Sequence record: SRR16203515_4098
Length of the DNA stretch: 38,820 nt
Direction: 5' to 3' (one strand)
In this document: in pieces, positions 9,431 through 17,566 of the stretch
Position numbering within the stretch: the stretch's first letter is position 1
Layout of the letters: each line of letters begins with the position of its first letter
Made by a program: the position numbers and the translations under genes
The notes under the pieces: model-generated
Seen by the model: only the letters and a program-made list of their open reading frames with translations
Told to the model about the DNA's origin: nothing
Databases searched by the model: none

Positions 9431-10070
9431 TAACGGATAACTTGAAGTGTTAACGTGAAGCTAGGAAGGCTTAGTATTACAAGGTAATCACGATAACAGG
9501 CAAACGTTGAGATCGGCTGATAACAGTGGATGTTATGGACAGAGTCAGCCACGGACGTAAGGAATACGGGCTCACGTTGCAACTTCGGTCAATGTAGCAT
9601 TAGTAGACGCAAACTGTGTCACGGATGGTTAAACAACTGTCAGGATGACATACATGGTTAACAGTGACGTTAACCCCTTGCTTCGCTTATATCGGCAAAG
9701 CACTGAAAGGGACGTATTTGCATCAGCGTTATGCTCCGTTACATGCCAGGTGAACGTAGGTTGGCGTAGATCGCCAATAAAGCCTGCTAGGACGCAAAGG
9801 CAGCAATATTGAATGGATCATTATTGTGTCTGGTTACCTGCATCACTGGCACTGACATGATGTCACCCAGAGCAAAGGATTGTGACCCTATTTGGTAGCG
9901 TTGAAAGTAGACTTCATAGTGGGCTTTCAGCGACACCATCGCGAGGAACGCAGCATGTATTTTCGATAGATGTTGTGAGTTGCCACCCGGCAGCTAGCCT
10001 CTCCCCTCAAAGGCCCATCCCGGCCTTTACATACCTCTGATTTTGGCCCGCCTCTGGCGGGCATTTTTTT
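9431..10070 (+). ncRNA. Large CsrB/Rsm-like (CsrA-sequestering) structured RNA candidate, about 640 nt
   Basis: No ORF >=60 aa; 13 GGA motifs on the + strand, many in hairpin loops; long-range helices; upstream GacA-like box; ends in an intrinsic terminator. The 5' end is estimated from the promoter. Confidence 0.72.
10046..10070 (+). terminator. Rho-independent terminator of the large ncRNA
   Basis: GCCCGCC-TCT-GGCGGGC-ATTTTTTT. Confidence 0.85.
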
Positions 10071-10132
10071 ATCCATTCATGATAAACTAGCTACTGCCTT
10101 TCTAGCCTACTACTAGGTTTCTTGTTATTGCT

Positions 10133-11365
10133 ATGATGCAAAAAAATCGCCATAGGGCCACCTCACTTAACATTTTGTTCTGCGCCCTATTAGCCACTGC
10201 AATAGGACAGAGCGTGATGCTTACCACGCTTCCCTCAATGGGCCGCGAAGCTGGGTTAAGTGAGTTCCATATTGCTATTATTATGTCTAGTTCGGCGCTC
10301 ATTTTTGCCTTTGGCACCAATTTTTGGAGCCGGGTGGCGAAACACCGAGGCTACCGTCAACTTTTAATGGTGGGACTAGCGGGTTATAGCATTGGCACCT
10401 TTGCCTTCGCCGGAGTCTGGTCCCTTGGTTACGCAGGTGTACTTTCTGGTGGCGTGCTATTTATTGCCTTACTACTAACGCGCAGCCTGCAATCAACTAT
10501 TATGTCTGCCTCCCCGCCTTCCGCCGTAGGTTACGCCATTCGCATCAGTAGCGCCCATCAACGTGTTGGGGCCATAAGCCGGGTTACCTCAGCGAATAAC
10601 CTTGGCCAATTAATTGGCCCTGTGTATGCCGGTGCCCTAGTAACATTTGGGCTAGTCACGCCCTTGTATAGTGTGGTTATTTTTACCCTGTTAGCATTTT
10701 CCCTAGTGTGGTGGAAACTCCCTGCGATTGACGCTAGCCCAGCGTCAACAAACCAGACGGCGCAACATCCACAGACTAAGCCAGCAAAGGGGATTACCTT
10801 AGTATTAGTACTCTCTTGCGCGAGTATTTTTTGCGCCATGGCGATGATGCAGCAGACCCTCGGCTTTTTCTTTATCGATCACTATAACAAATCGCCGGTT
10901 CAGTCAGCCCAGCAGGTGGGCATAGCCATGATGTTAAGTGCAGCGACCTCATTATCAATACAAATATTGGTCGTACAAAAAGCGCGATTTTCAGCCGATA
11001 ATTTAATCCGCATTGCCTTACCTCTGCTGTGTGGTGCCTATCTGCTGATGTTTATCCATCAACACATTTACACCTTGTACCTGGCCATGCTGCTTATGGG
11101 CTTAGGTATGGGGATGGGATACCCGTCCTTAGCAGCGGCCGCCACCAGTTACTGCGCAGAAGAAAATCAAGCTAAGGTGACAGGTTATATTACCGCCACG
11201 CCGGCCATGGGCTATATCGTTGGACCGCCAGTGGCAGCCACCCTTTATCAATACAAAATACACGGGCCTTTTTTAGCCGCGAGCATCTTGTTAGCGGTAT
11301 TTGCCGTTGTAGTGTCAGTATCTCTTTATATGAGGAAACGACAACGGCTAGATAGCACAAACTAA
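10133..11365 (+). CDS. MFS transporter
   Basis: About 12 TM segments; WSRVAKHRGYR (motif A-like), LGQLIGPVYAG, GYIVGPPVA. Confidence 0.88.
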   Translation: MMQKNRHRATSLNILFCALLATAIGQSVMLTTLPSMGREAGLSEFHIAIIMSSSALIFAFGTNFWSRVAKHRGYRQLLMVGLAGYSIGTFAFAGVWSLGYAGVLSGGVLFIALLLTRSLQSTIMSASPPSAVGYAIRISSAHQRVGAISRVTSANNLGQLIGPVYAGALVTFGLVTPLYSVVIFTLLAFSLVWWKLPAIDASPASTNQTAQHPQTKPAKGITLVLVLSCASIFCAMAMMQQTLGFFFIDHYNKSPVQSAQQVGIAMMLSAATSLSIQILVVQKARFSADNLIRIALPLLCGAYLLMFIHQHIYTLYLAMLLMGLGMGMGYPSLAAAATSYCAEENQAKVTGYITATPAMGYIVGPPVAATLYQYKIHGPFLAASILLAVFAVVVSVSLYMRKRQRLDSTN

Positions 11366-11426
11366 ATGCTGCCAACGCTAGCCAGCTAGCATTAAAAAAT
11401 AATCTCGTTTTATTTTCAAAATTGCT

Positions 11427-11453
11427 GAACTTTATTGCCAATGACCCGTCTTA
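11427..11453 (+). promoter_or_regulatory. RpoE (sigmaE)-type promoter
   Basis: GAACTT (11427-11432)-N16-TCTTA (11449-11453), close to the GAACTT-N16-TCTRA consensus. Confidence 0.6.
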
Positions 11454-11458
11454 CTTAC

Positions 11459-11556
11459 ATATAGAGTCATTTGTGTGTGTGGCTTTGTAGTGTGTAAATG
11501 TGTTTTCCAAGTTATGTTGTGTGTTTTTTTAAGGGGCTTATTAAGCCCCTTTTTTT
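11459..11556 (+). ncRNA. Candidate sigmaE-dependent GU-rich sRNA, about 98 nt
   Basis: Lies between a sigmaE-like promoter and the terminator AAGGGGCTT-ATT-AAGCCCCTT-TTTTT (11531-11556); body is strongly G/T-biased (TTTGTGTGTGTGG, GTTGTGTGTTTTTTT). Confidence 0.55.
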
Positions 11557-11708
11557 ATGCCTGCGAAAAAGCGCGATAGGTTTCTCATCCCCTTCATCCA
11601 TTCCCTGCCGATGTAGGCTTTGCAAAGCTTTGTAAATTATGCTCATCAAGTGACTATCCCGCTTTTCAATAAAACATAAAACACCAATAAATTCATATAT
11701 TTAAAAAC

Positions 11709-11724
11709 TGGAACACCGGTTGCA
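11709..11724 (+). promoter_or_regulatory. sigma54 promoter upstream of the CsbD-like gene
   Basis: TGGAAC-ACCGG-TTGCA, GG-N10-GC spacing. Confidence 0.65.
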
Positions 11725-11778
11725 ATAGTTAAATCAACTGGCAATATGTGTCAGCAACATTGGAAAAGGAGCCATGTT

Positions 11779-11970
11779 ATGAACAACGATCGTATTGAAG
11801 GTAACTGGAAAGAAATGAAAGGTAAGATCCAACAGAAGTGGGGAAAACTTACCGACGATGATATGGATGTTATCGATGGCCGTCGCGAAGAATTGGTCGG
11901 CAAAATTCAGCAGGCTTACGGAAAAAGCCGTGATGAGGCTGAAAAAGAAGTTGATGGTTACCTCAACTAG
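11779..11970 (+). CDS. CsbD/YjbJ family stress protein (63 aa)
   Basis: MNNDRIEGNWKEMKGKIQQKWGKLTDDD...GKIQQAYG; AAGGAG RBS before ATG 11779. Confidence 0.93.
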   Translation: MNNDRIEGNWKEMKGKIQQKWGKLTDDDMDVIDGRREELVGKIQQAYGKSRDEAEKEVDGYLN

Positions 11971-11977
11971 TTTTTAT

Positions 11978-12007
11978 AAAAATAGCCCCTTTCGGGGCTA
12001 TTTTTTT
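11978..12007. terminator. Bidirectional intrinsic terminator
   Basis: AAAAATAGCCCC-TTTC-GGGGCTATTTTTTT between convergent genes. Confidence 0.85.
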
Positions 12008-12012
12008 ATCTA

Positions 12013-12537
12013 TTATTTTTCACTTTTTGGCTGCAGATTATTTCTTACTTCCCTTGCATCAAAGCTTGTCGCACCTGTAGGTCGAGTACCTTTGCCCATT
12101 TCGATACTTAGAATGCTTTCAATTTCACTTTTTTGCGAGCCACCAACATAAATGCCAGTTTCAAACTGTGTAGAAGGATGATACGAAGTACGGCAACTGA
12201 TCACCCCACAGTCTGTCACTCGCGTATAGCGTTGGCTGAACCCCATTTGTGGGCTGGTTTCTACGGTTTCTTTATCTACCATGGTTTCTCTATCGGTCAC
12301 CACAAACCAGTCGTACCCTTCCAACAAGGTAAGCTCTGCGGCACGCAACATAGCGTAATCCATGGCTTTACCTTTATCGGTACCCTTAGCTTTAAAATGG
12401 ACACGGTATTGGGTGTCGCTTAGCTGACTTTCAGTGTAGCCGAAACCACCATTACTGGCTTCTCGGTAATCGGTCTGACTTGCGCATCCCATCATCACCA
12501 CAACTGCAATAAATAAACTAAACTTAGTTTTCATCAT
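12013..12537 (-). CDS. Lipoprotein (CC0125/CC1285-like), last gene of the ECF operon
   Basis: Lipobox MMGC; GYTESQL, YRVHF, LRAAELTLLEGYDWF; start overlaps the end of the anti-sigma gene. Confidence 0.75.
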   Translation of the reverse strand: MMKTKFSLFIAVVVMMGCASQTDYREASNGGFGYTESQLSDTQYRVHFKAKGTDKGKAMDYAMLRAAELTLLEGYDWFVVTDRETMVDKETVETSPQMGFSQRYTRVTDCGVISCRTSYHPSTQFETGIYVGGSQKSEIESILSIEMGKGTRPTGATSFDAREVRNNLQPKSEK

Positions 12538-13315
12538 TCTCTCCTTTCGCAACCTTTGTTGCTTGCCACTGCTGTTTCATTGCGTCCTCTTCTTCTGCTC
12601 TGTTAAGCGGTGCAGAGGACATCAACTTATCTAACTCATGCTCTAAGGCCTTATTGGCACTTGCAGTCTGATACTGTGCTTGTGAACCTGTGTTCAACAA
12701 GGTTTTCGTTGCCTGCAACTGCCAGTTTCCTTGTTGATTTTTACACGCAATCATTACATTTAGTTCATCTTTACCCACCACGTCCGCCTGCCGACAATAT
12801 TCGTCAGTATGACTTGCAAAAGATAACCTAGGTGTAACCTGTAATCCCGACTCCAGTATGCGTGTGTCGCCACTGTGTGCCGTATCGAGTACGGTTGAAA
12901 CGTTGGCCCAATAGCTATTGTCTGCTGTTTCTGGCGAGTTTAGCTGCATATAGCTAAGACCAGCTACTGCAGCGATACCTGCGGCTAACGACAGAGGGAG
13001 CGGCCATTTTTTGCTTGTCTTTGGTCGGCTACCGATAGCCCTAACATTCGATGCAGCCAGGCGTTGGTCGTTGTCACTGTCTGTCGCAGCTGCTGAGGCA
13101 GAAGGTGCGCCACTTAACATATTGACTATGCTCGCCGGTAACGGCTTTTGCGTCGCCTGCTCTGCAGCCTGCCTAACCACCATATCCACCTGTGCCAATT
13201 CGGCTAATCTATCGGCGACTGATGGGGTTTCAATAAGCGCGACTCGCACGGCTTCCATGTCCTCATCGCTTAATTCTGCATCTAAAAATGCAGATAGTTT
13301 TTCATCTGAAATCAT
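12524..13315 (-). CDS. Transmembrane anti-sigma factor
   Basis: N-terminal ISDEKLSAFLDAELS anti-sigma domain, one TM segment (WPLPLSLAAGIAAVAGL), periplasmic domain with YCRQ...ACK; start overlaps the sigma stop. Confidence 0.82.
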   Translation of the reverse strand: MISDEKLSAFLDAELSDEDMEAVRVALIETPSVADRLAELAQVDMVVRQAAEQATQKPLPASIVNMLSGAPSASAAATDSDNDQRLAASNVRAIGSRPKTSKKWPLPLSLAAGIAAVAGLSYMQLNSPETADNSYWANVSTVLDTAHSGDTRILESGLQVTPRLSFASHTDEYCRQADVVGKDELNVMIACKNQQGNWQLQATKTLLNTGSQAQYQTASANKALEHELDKLMSSAPLNRAEEEDAMKQQWQATKVAKGENDEN

Positions 13316-13803
13316 TATGACAATACCTCGTGGTGTGCTCGGAGCGCGCTGCTTAGTTTTGCTCTAGCCCGTGCTAGACGACTCATAATTGTACCTGTCG
13401 GGACCGACAGTATCTCAGAGGCATCTTGATAACTCATGCCTTGTACTGCTACCAAAGAAAGGGTTTCTCTTTGCTCACTTGGCAAGGTTCCCATGGCATT
13501 AGACACTTGTTTTAAGGTAATTTCACTGGTGATCGCCATGTCCATGTCCGACTCCTCTTGTGCCGACAGTTCTGGGGATTGCGCAGCTTGTAATCTTACT
13601 TTTTTCGCCCGATATTCATCAATCCACACGTTGCGGCACACCCGAAATGCCCACGCGATTAGCGTCGCCTCTTTTGGTGACGGCTTAGTGAGTAACTTTT
13701 CTAGGGTAGTTTGTAGTAAATCGTCTGCATCGGGCATATTGCCCGTAAGGGAATACGCAAACTTCCTCAGCGAGGGCACCAGTTCGGTAAGTTCTTCATT
13801 CAT
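13315..13803 (-). CDS. ECF RNA polymerase sigma factor
   Basis: Region 2 DADDLLQ...WAFRVCRNVWIDEYR; region 4 GMSYQDASEILSVPTGTIMSRLARAR. Confidence 0.93.
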   Translation of the reverse strand: MNEELTELVPSLRKFAYSLTGNMPDADDLLQTTLEKLLTKPSPKEATLIAWAFRVCRNVWIDEYRAKKVRLQAAQSPELSAQEESDMDMAITSEITLKQVSNAMGTLPSEQRETLSLVAVQGMSYQDASEILSVPTGTIMSRLARARAKLSSALRAHHEVLS

Positions 13804-13840
13804 TATTGTTTACCTATTATTTAAGCACCTTATATAGCGT

Positions 13841-13901
13841 TAACGTGTCAGCCAATATTTTATTCCCATCCAATTGGAATTTTTTGCCATGATGTTCGTT
13901 A
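13841..13901. promoter_or_regulatory. Back-to-back ECF-type promoters (sigma operon on -, S8 protease on +)
   Basis: Minus strand GGAATA (13866-13861)-N15-CGTTA (13845-13841); plus strand GGAATT (13876-13881)-N15-CGTTA (13897-13901). Confidence 0.7.
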
Positions 13902-14113
13902 ACCTTATGAACTACTAAGGCACGCTGCCAATTAATAGGTTACGTGGCATGATTTGTGCCATCCTCTATAAATAGATGTCGTTCCTGCAAGGCAATGCCC
14001 TATACTGCTGTGCTCCTATCTTGTGACAAAGATGTGCGGATAATGGCTGTACTAATACGCAATGCCACCAAAAGGCGGGGAATATCGCGACAAAGAATCA
14101 CTAAGGGTTAGTT

Positions 14114-15412
14114 ATGAACGCCAAACGACTGCTATCTTTTACGGCTATCTTGATGGCCTTTCATTGTCACGGGCAGTTAGCCTTACCATCACAGGTTGCA
14201 GCCCCTATCACTCCGGTTATAGACAAGCTACCGAAAGACTTAACCGATATTCGTCAAGGGCTTACAAAAAGCATAAGAGAAAAAAATGCAGCCCTTTCTA
14301 CGCTTAGCGAGCCCCTCACAGCACCGCTTTTCTCAATTCCTGAAGCTGTAACCATTAATGCGTCAGGGGGACAGGAATTACTCCGTGAAGTCACCACGCC
14401 TGAAGGCCATATTGCGGTGGAGAGAGAATGGGTCGTGCTAGGGCAACAAGAAGATATTCAAGCATTCACTCACCCCGACATTAGGATACTTGAGTCTCGC
14501 TTCCTACCCTCACTATCGCAATGGGTATTCACCCTCAAGGTTTCCGCGTCGCTAGATGAAGTGTCTAAAATTAGAGACACTCTTCCCCCTGCACTTAAAG
14601 CCCAAATTGCCCGCAATCATGTCTACCTTTCTCAATCGACATCTAATCCAGCGCCATCCTCTCCCTCTTTTGAAACTCGATTACGCTGTGAGAGTCCCAC
14701 CCGTATTGGCCTGATAGACACCCATGTATTTACCGAACATCTAGCCTTTGACCATATAAAGGTGCAGCAACAAGACTTTTTAAACGCTGATATGCCTATC
14801 AGTAAGGTTCATGGTACGGCGGTGGCCAGTTTATTAGCCGAAGAAATGACCGCGGGCAGTCAGTTGTACAATGCCAGCGTTTTTTATCAGCGTAATACGG
14901 TGAGTCAAGGCGCCACCCTTATGGCGCTAATTAATGGGCTGGAATATTTGGCAGCCCAACAAGTAGATACGATCAATATGAGCTTGGCGGGCCCGCACAA
15001 TCCGGTATTAGAAAAGGTGCTGATAGCGGTAGATGCACAGGGTATTCAGGTAGTTTCTGCGGCGGGCAATGAAGGGCCGGCTGCACCACCTACCTTTCCA
15101 GCCGCCTATCCCTCGACAATTGCGGTCACGGCGGTGGATAAAGAGAATTCAATTTATCGCTGGGCGAATCAGGGGGACTATATAGATTTCGCAGCACTAG
15201 GGGTGTCGGTAGAAACTGCCCACCCGACGCAAGAGCATTACAGAGAAACCGGTACATCAATGGCCGCACCGCTCATTAGTGCGCGTTATGCATGCGCCCT
15301 ACGCATAAGCAGAGATAGGGCACAAGCCATGACCCAACTAATCGAGTCTGCTGTTGATGTGGGAGAAACCGGCAAAGATACGGTGTTTGGTTTCGGCATT
15401 ATTCAAAAGTGA
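14114..15412 (+). CDS. Secreted S8 (subtilisin-like) serine peptidase
   Basis: Signal peptide; triad GLIDT, HGTAVASLL, GTSMAAP; INMSLAG, AAGNEG. Confidence 0.9.
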   Translation: MNAKRLLSFTAILMAFHCHGQLALPSQVAAPITPVIDKLPKDLTDIRQGLTKSIREKNAALSTLSEPLTAPLFSIPEAVTINASGGQELLREVTTPEGHIAVEREWVVLGQQEDIQAFTHPDIRILESRFLPSLSQWVFTLKVSASLDEVSKIRDTLPPALKAQIARNHVYLSQSTSNPAPSSPSFETRLRCESPTRIGLIDTHVFTEHLAFDHIKVQQQDFLNADMPISKVHGTAVASLLAEEMTAGSQLYNASVFYQRNTVSQGATLMALINGLEYLAAQQVDTINMSLAGPHNPVLEKVLIAVDAQGIQVVSAAGNEGPAAPPTFPAAYPSTIAVTAVDKENSIYRWANQGDYIDFAALGVSVETAHPTQEHYRETGTSMAAPLISARYACALRISRDRAQAMTQLIESAVDVGETGKDTVFGFGIIQK

Positions 15413-16323
15413 AGCTTGATCCCTAGCTCTGCCAAGGTTTCTTTGTAGTCGGCCCCTACTAGGGTGGAATCATAGTTATCGTATTGGGTACGCAGTGTCA
15501 GATCGGCAAACTCATACAAGGAATACTCAACACTGGCCTTAATACGTTGTCGGTCATCCTCGCGACCTGTGCCACCTTCAACCTCATTGGCGTATTGACG
15601 TTGTTCATATTCATAGGCTAGGGTTACTTCACTGGCCTTAGCAAACAGCGTAAAGGGCAGTGCATAAGACACATCAAGCTTTTTCCCGGCATAATCAAAA
15701 CTTGCATCAACTGCATCTTCATCATGATAGGTGGCCCCCACTTTCAAAAATGCCCCCTGCTTGAAAAACCAAAACACATCGCCTCGTAATGCCTCGGCAT
15801 CACTATTACGCGCTGTTGCCGTGGGCAATTCTTTCTCAATGCTATCAGCACTTAACCGCCAATATGCACGTTCTAAAAAGCCATTGGCCGCAGAAATACC
15901 CGTTTGTTTGTAGGTGAGATAACGCTGACTGTCTAGATCGGCGTCAGCATGGTAATGGTGCATGCCTACTTTTGCCCACGGACTTTGATAGCTAATTTCC
16001 CCAGAATAAGTCGCCACCGCTAAATTAAAATCAGACTGCTCATGATAGTGGGTCCCGGTGTACTGCGCCGACGCAGTGAATGACCAACGCTGAGTAGGCG
16101 TAATGTTGGCTTTTAGCATCGCATTGGTATGGGTAGCGGTATCTGACGTATCGGTATTGGTATCAAGTTCACTCACACTCACATTACTATCATACCCGTA
16201 GCCTACGTAGGCTTTACCGCTTATGTCATACCAACTTTCATCATTTGCATTACCTTCTGCCATGGCTGATGACACACTCATGGCTAATAAACTCATTGCG
16301 GATAATTTGTGAAACTTTTTCAT
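15403..16323 (-). CDS. Outer-membrane beta-barrel protein (possibly DUF560/Slam-barrel-like)
   Basis: Signal peptide; GYGYDSNV start of barrel; alternating aromatic strands; C-terminal LGIKLHF. Confidence 0.75.
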   Translation of the reverse strand: MKKFHKLSAMSLLAMSVSSAMAEGNANDESWYDISGKAYVGYGYDSNVSVSELDTNTDTSDTATHTNAMLKANITPTQRWSFTASAQYTGTHYHEQSDFNLAVATYSGEISYQSPWAKVGMHHYHADADLDSQRYLTYKQTGISAANGFLERAYWRLSADSIEKELPTATARNSDAEALRGDVFWFFKQGAFLKVGATYHDEDAVDASFDYAGKKLDVSYALPFTLFAKASEVTLAYEYEQRQYANEVEGGTGREDDRQRIKASVEYSLYEFADLTLRTQYDNYDSTLVGADYKETLAELGIKLHF

Positions 16324-16389
16324 AAGTCACCTTTTTATAACGACGCGCCCCATCTGACGGGTGCAATTTAGCGGGAAGGGAAGACGGTT

Positions 16390-16432
16390 AAAAAGAAGTG
16401 GCAGTCGCTCGCAAAACTGCAACGACTGCCAC
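16390..16432 (-). terminator. Intra-operon terminator-like hairpin between the repeat-protein gene and the barrel gene
   Basis: GTGGCAGTCG (16398-16407) / CGACTGCCAC (16423-16432), followed on the minus strand by TTCTTTTT. Confidence 0.65.
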
Positions 16433-16452
16433 GCTTACCAACTCAGACGATA

Positions 16453-17400
16453 CTACTGACCGACGACACTGCTGATGTTGCTGGTAATACTTTCTTCTAC
16501 CGAGCCAGCCACTGTGTCGCTTACCGCGGTGGTAACCGTGCTATCAATGGCTGAAGTTAATGCACCTTGTACACTTGAGGTCACCACATCATCGACAACC
16601 GCAGTGACACTGCCTTCTACTGCTGAATTTACGGTTGTGGCTACCGTATTAGTGACGGCACCTTCAACTGCAGAGTCAACCGTAGAACTCACTGTTGTGG
16701 CGAGGGTATTGTTTACAGCACTTTCTGCTTCAGCAGCAGAATTACTCGCAAAGGCACCTTCCAAGGTATTGTCTAGCGTGCCTGTTGCGGCGCCCTCTAG
16801 TGTACCCGTCGCTGAGCCGTCTAACGTGGTGGTTACCGCCGAGGTATCTATGCCGTTATTCGTTTCCTCTGCTGCTTCTTCAGACGTGGTCGTTAAGCCA
16901 CCTAATAGGTTGGTATTAACAGCGCCTTGTAAGCTCGAGGTTACGCCCGACTGTAAGTTTGTCACAGCCGAGGTATTGGCCAATGAAGTAGTGGTGTCTA
17001 CCGCCGTGGCCAACGATGAGTTTGCATTTACCACAGTGTTAGCAAGTAGCGTTGAGGTTTGCTCTGCACTTTCATCAGCTTGTGCTTGCGTCTCGCCTTC
17101 AGCTTCATCCGCCTCGGCGGTTACACTGCCGCTATCAGCATTCGCTTGTGTTTGTGTATTAGATTCAGTATCCGTACTTGCTTGCGTTTCAGTACCCTCA
17201 TTAGCATTGGCCTCTGCCTGTACTGAACCTTGTGCGGCAAGGTTACTTTGAGCTGACATATCAGCGTTGTTGTTACTTGAAGTACTTATCTGAGTGGAAG
17301 ATTGCGACGATGCATCTACGCTAGCAGATAATTCTTGTGCATGAAGGCCCTGAGCAGAAACACCAAGTGCCATAATTATTGCTGTAGTTAACTTATTCAT
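16453..17400 (-). CDS. Secreted acidic low-complexity (S/T/A/V/E/D/N/Q) repeat protein
   Basis: CAGGAG RBS; signal peptide MNKLTTAIIMALGVSAQGLHA; mature part lacks K, R, P, C, W, Y; 4-residue hydrophobic periodicity. Confidence 0.8.
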   Translation of the reverse strand: MNKLTTAIIMALGVSAQGLHAQELSASVDASSQSSTQISTSSNNNADMSAQSNLAAQGSVQAEANANEGTETQASTDTESNTQTQANADSGSVTAEADEAEGETQAQADESAEQTSTLLANTVVNANSSLATAVDTTTSLANTSAVTNLQSGVTSSLQGAVNTNLLGGLTTTSEEAAEETNNGIDTSAVTTTLDGSATGTLEGAATGTLDNTLEGAFASNSAAEAESAVNNTLATTVSSTVDSAVEGAVTNTVATTVNSAVEGSVTAVVDDVVTSSVQGALTSAIDSTVTTAVSDTVAGSVEESITSNISSVVGQ

Positions 17401-17436
17401 CCGTTAATCTCCTGTTTTTCATAATGGACACTGAGA

Positions 17437-17463
17437 TAACGGATGGGTGGGTGAGTTTATTCC
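17437..17463 (-). promoter_or_regulatory. ECF-type promoter upstream of the repeat-protein gene
   Basis: GGAATA (17463-17458)-N16-CGTTA (17441-17437), the same motif as at 13841-13901. Confidence 0.68.
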
Positions 17464-17484
17464 ACTAAAAATGAAAAAAAGTGA

Positions 17485-17515
17485 AAAAACAAAAACGCCG
17501 GATAAAATCCGGCGT
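17485..17515 (-). terminator. Intrinsic terminator downstream of the 17567-18244 gene
   Basis: ACGCCGGAT-AAA-ATCCGGCGT (17495-17515), followed by a T-tract on the minus strand. Confidence 0.7.
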
Positions 17516-17566
17516 GGTGTATATGAAGTATATAGGGCAGTAGATAAATGGACTAACGCAGCTTAC

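Noticed and set aside
9431-10070. CRISPR array or degraded gene as an explanation for the non-coding kilobase
   Set aside because: No regularly spaced direct repeats, no cas genes and no recognisable protein remnant; strand-specific GGA hairpins fit an RNA better.
16475-17251. 258-aa + strand ORF antisense to the repeat protein
   Set aside because: Shadow ORF caused by low-complexity codon use; the minus-strand gene has the RBS, signal peptide and promoter.
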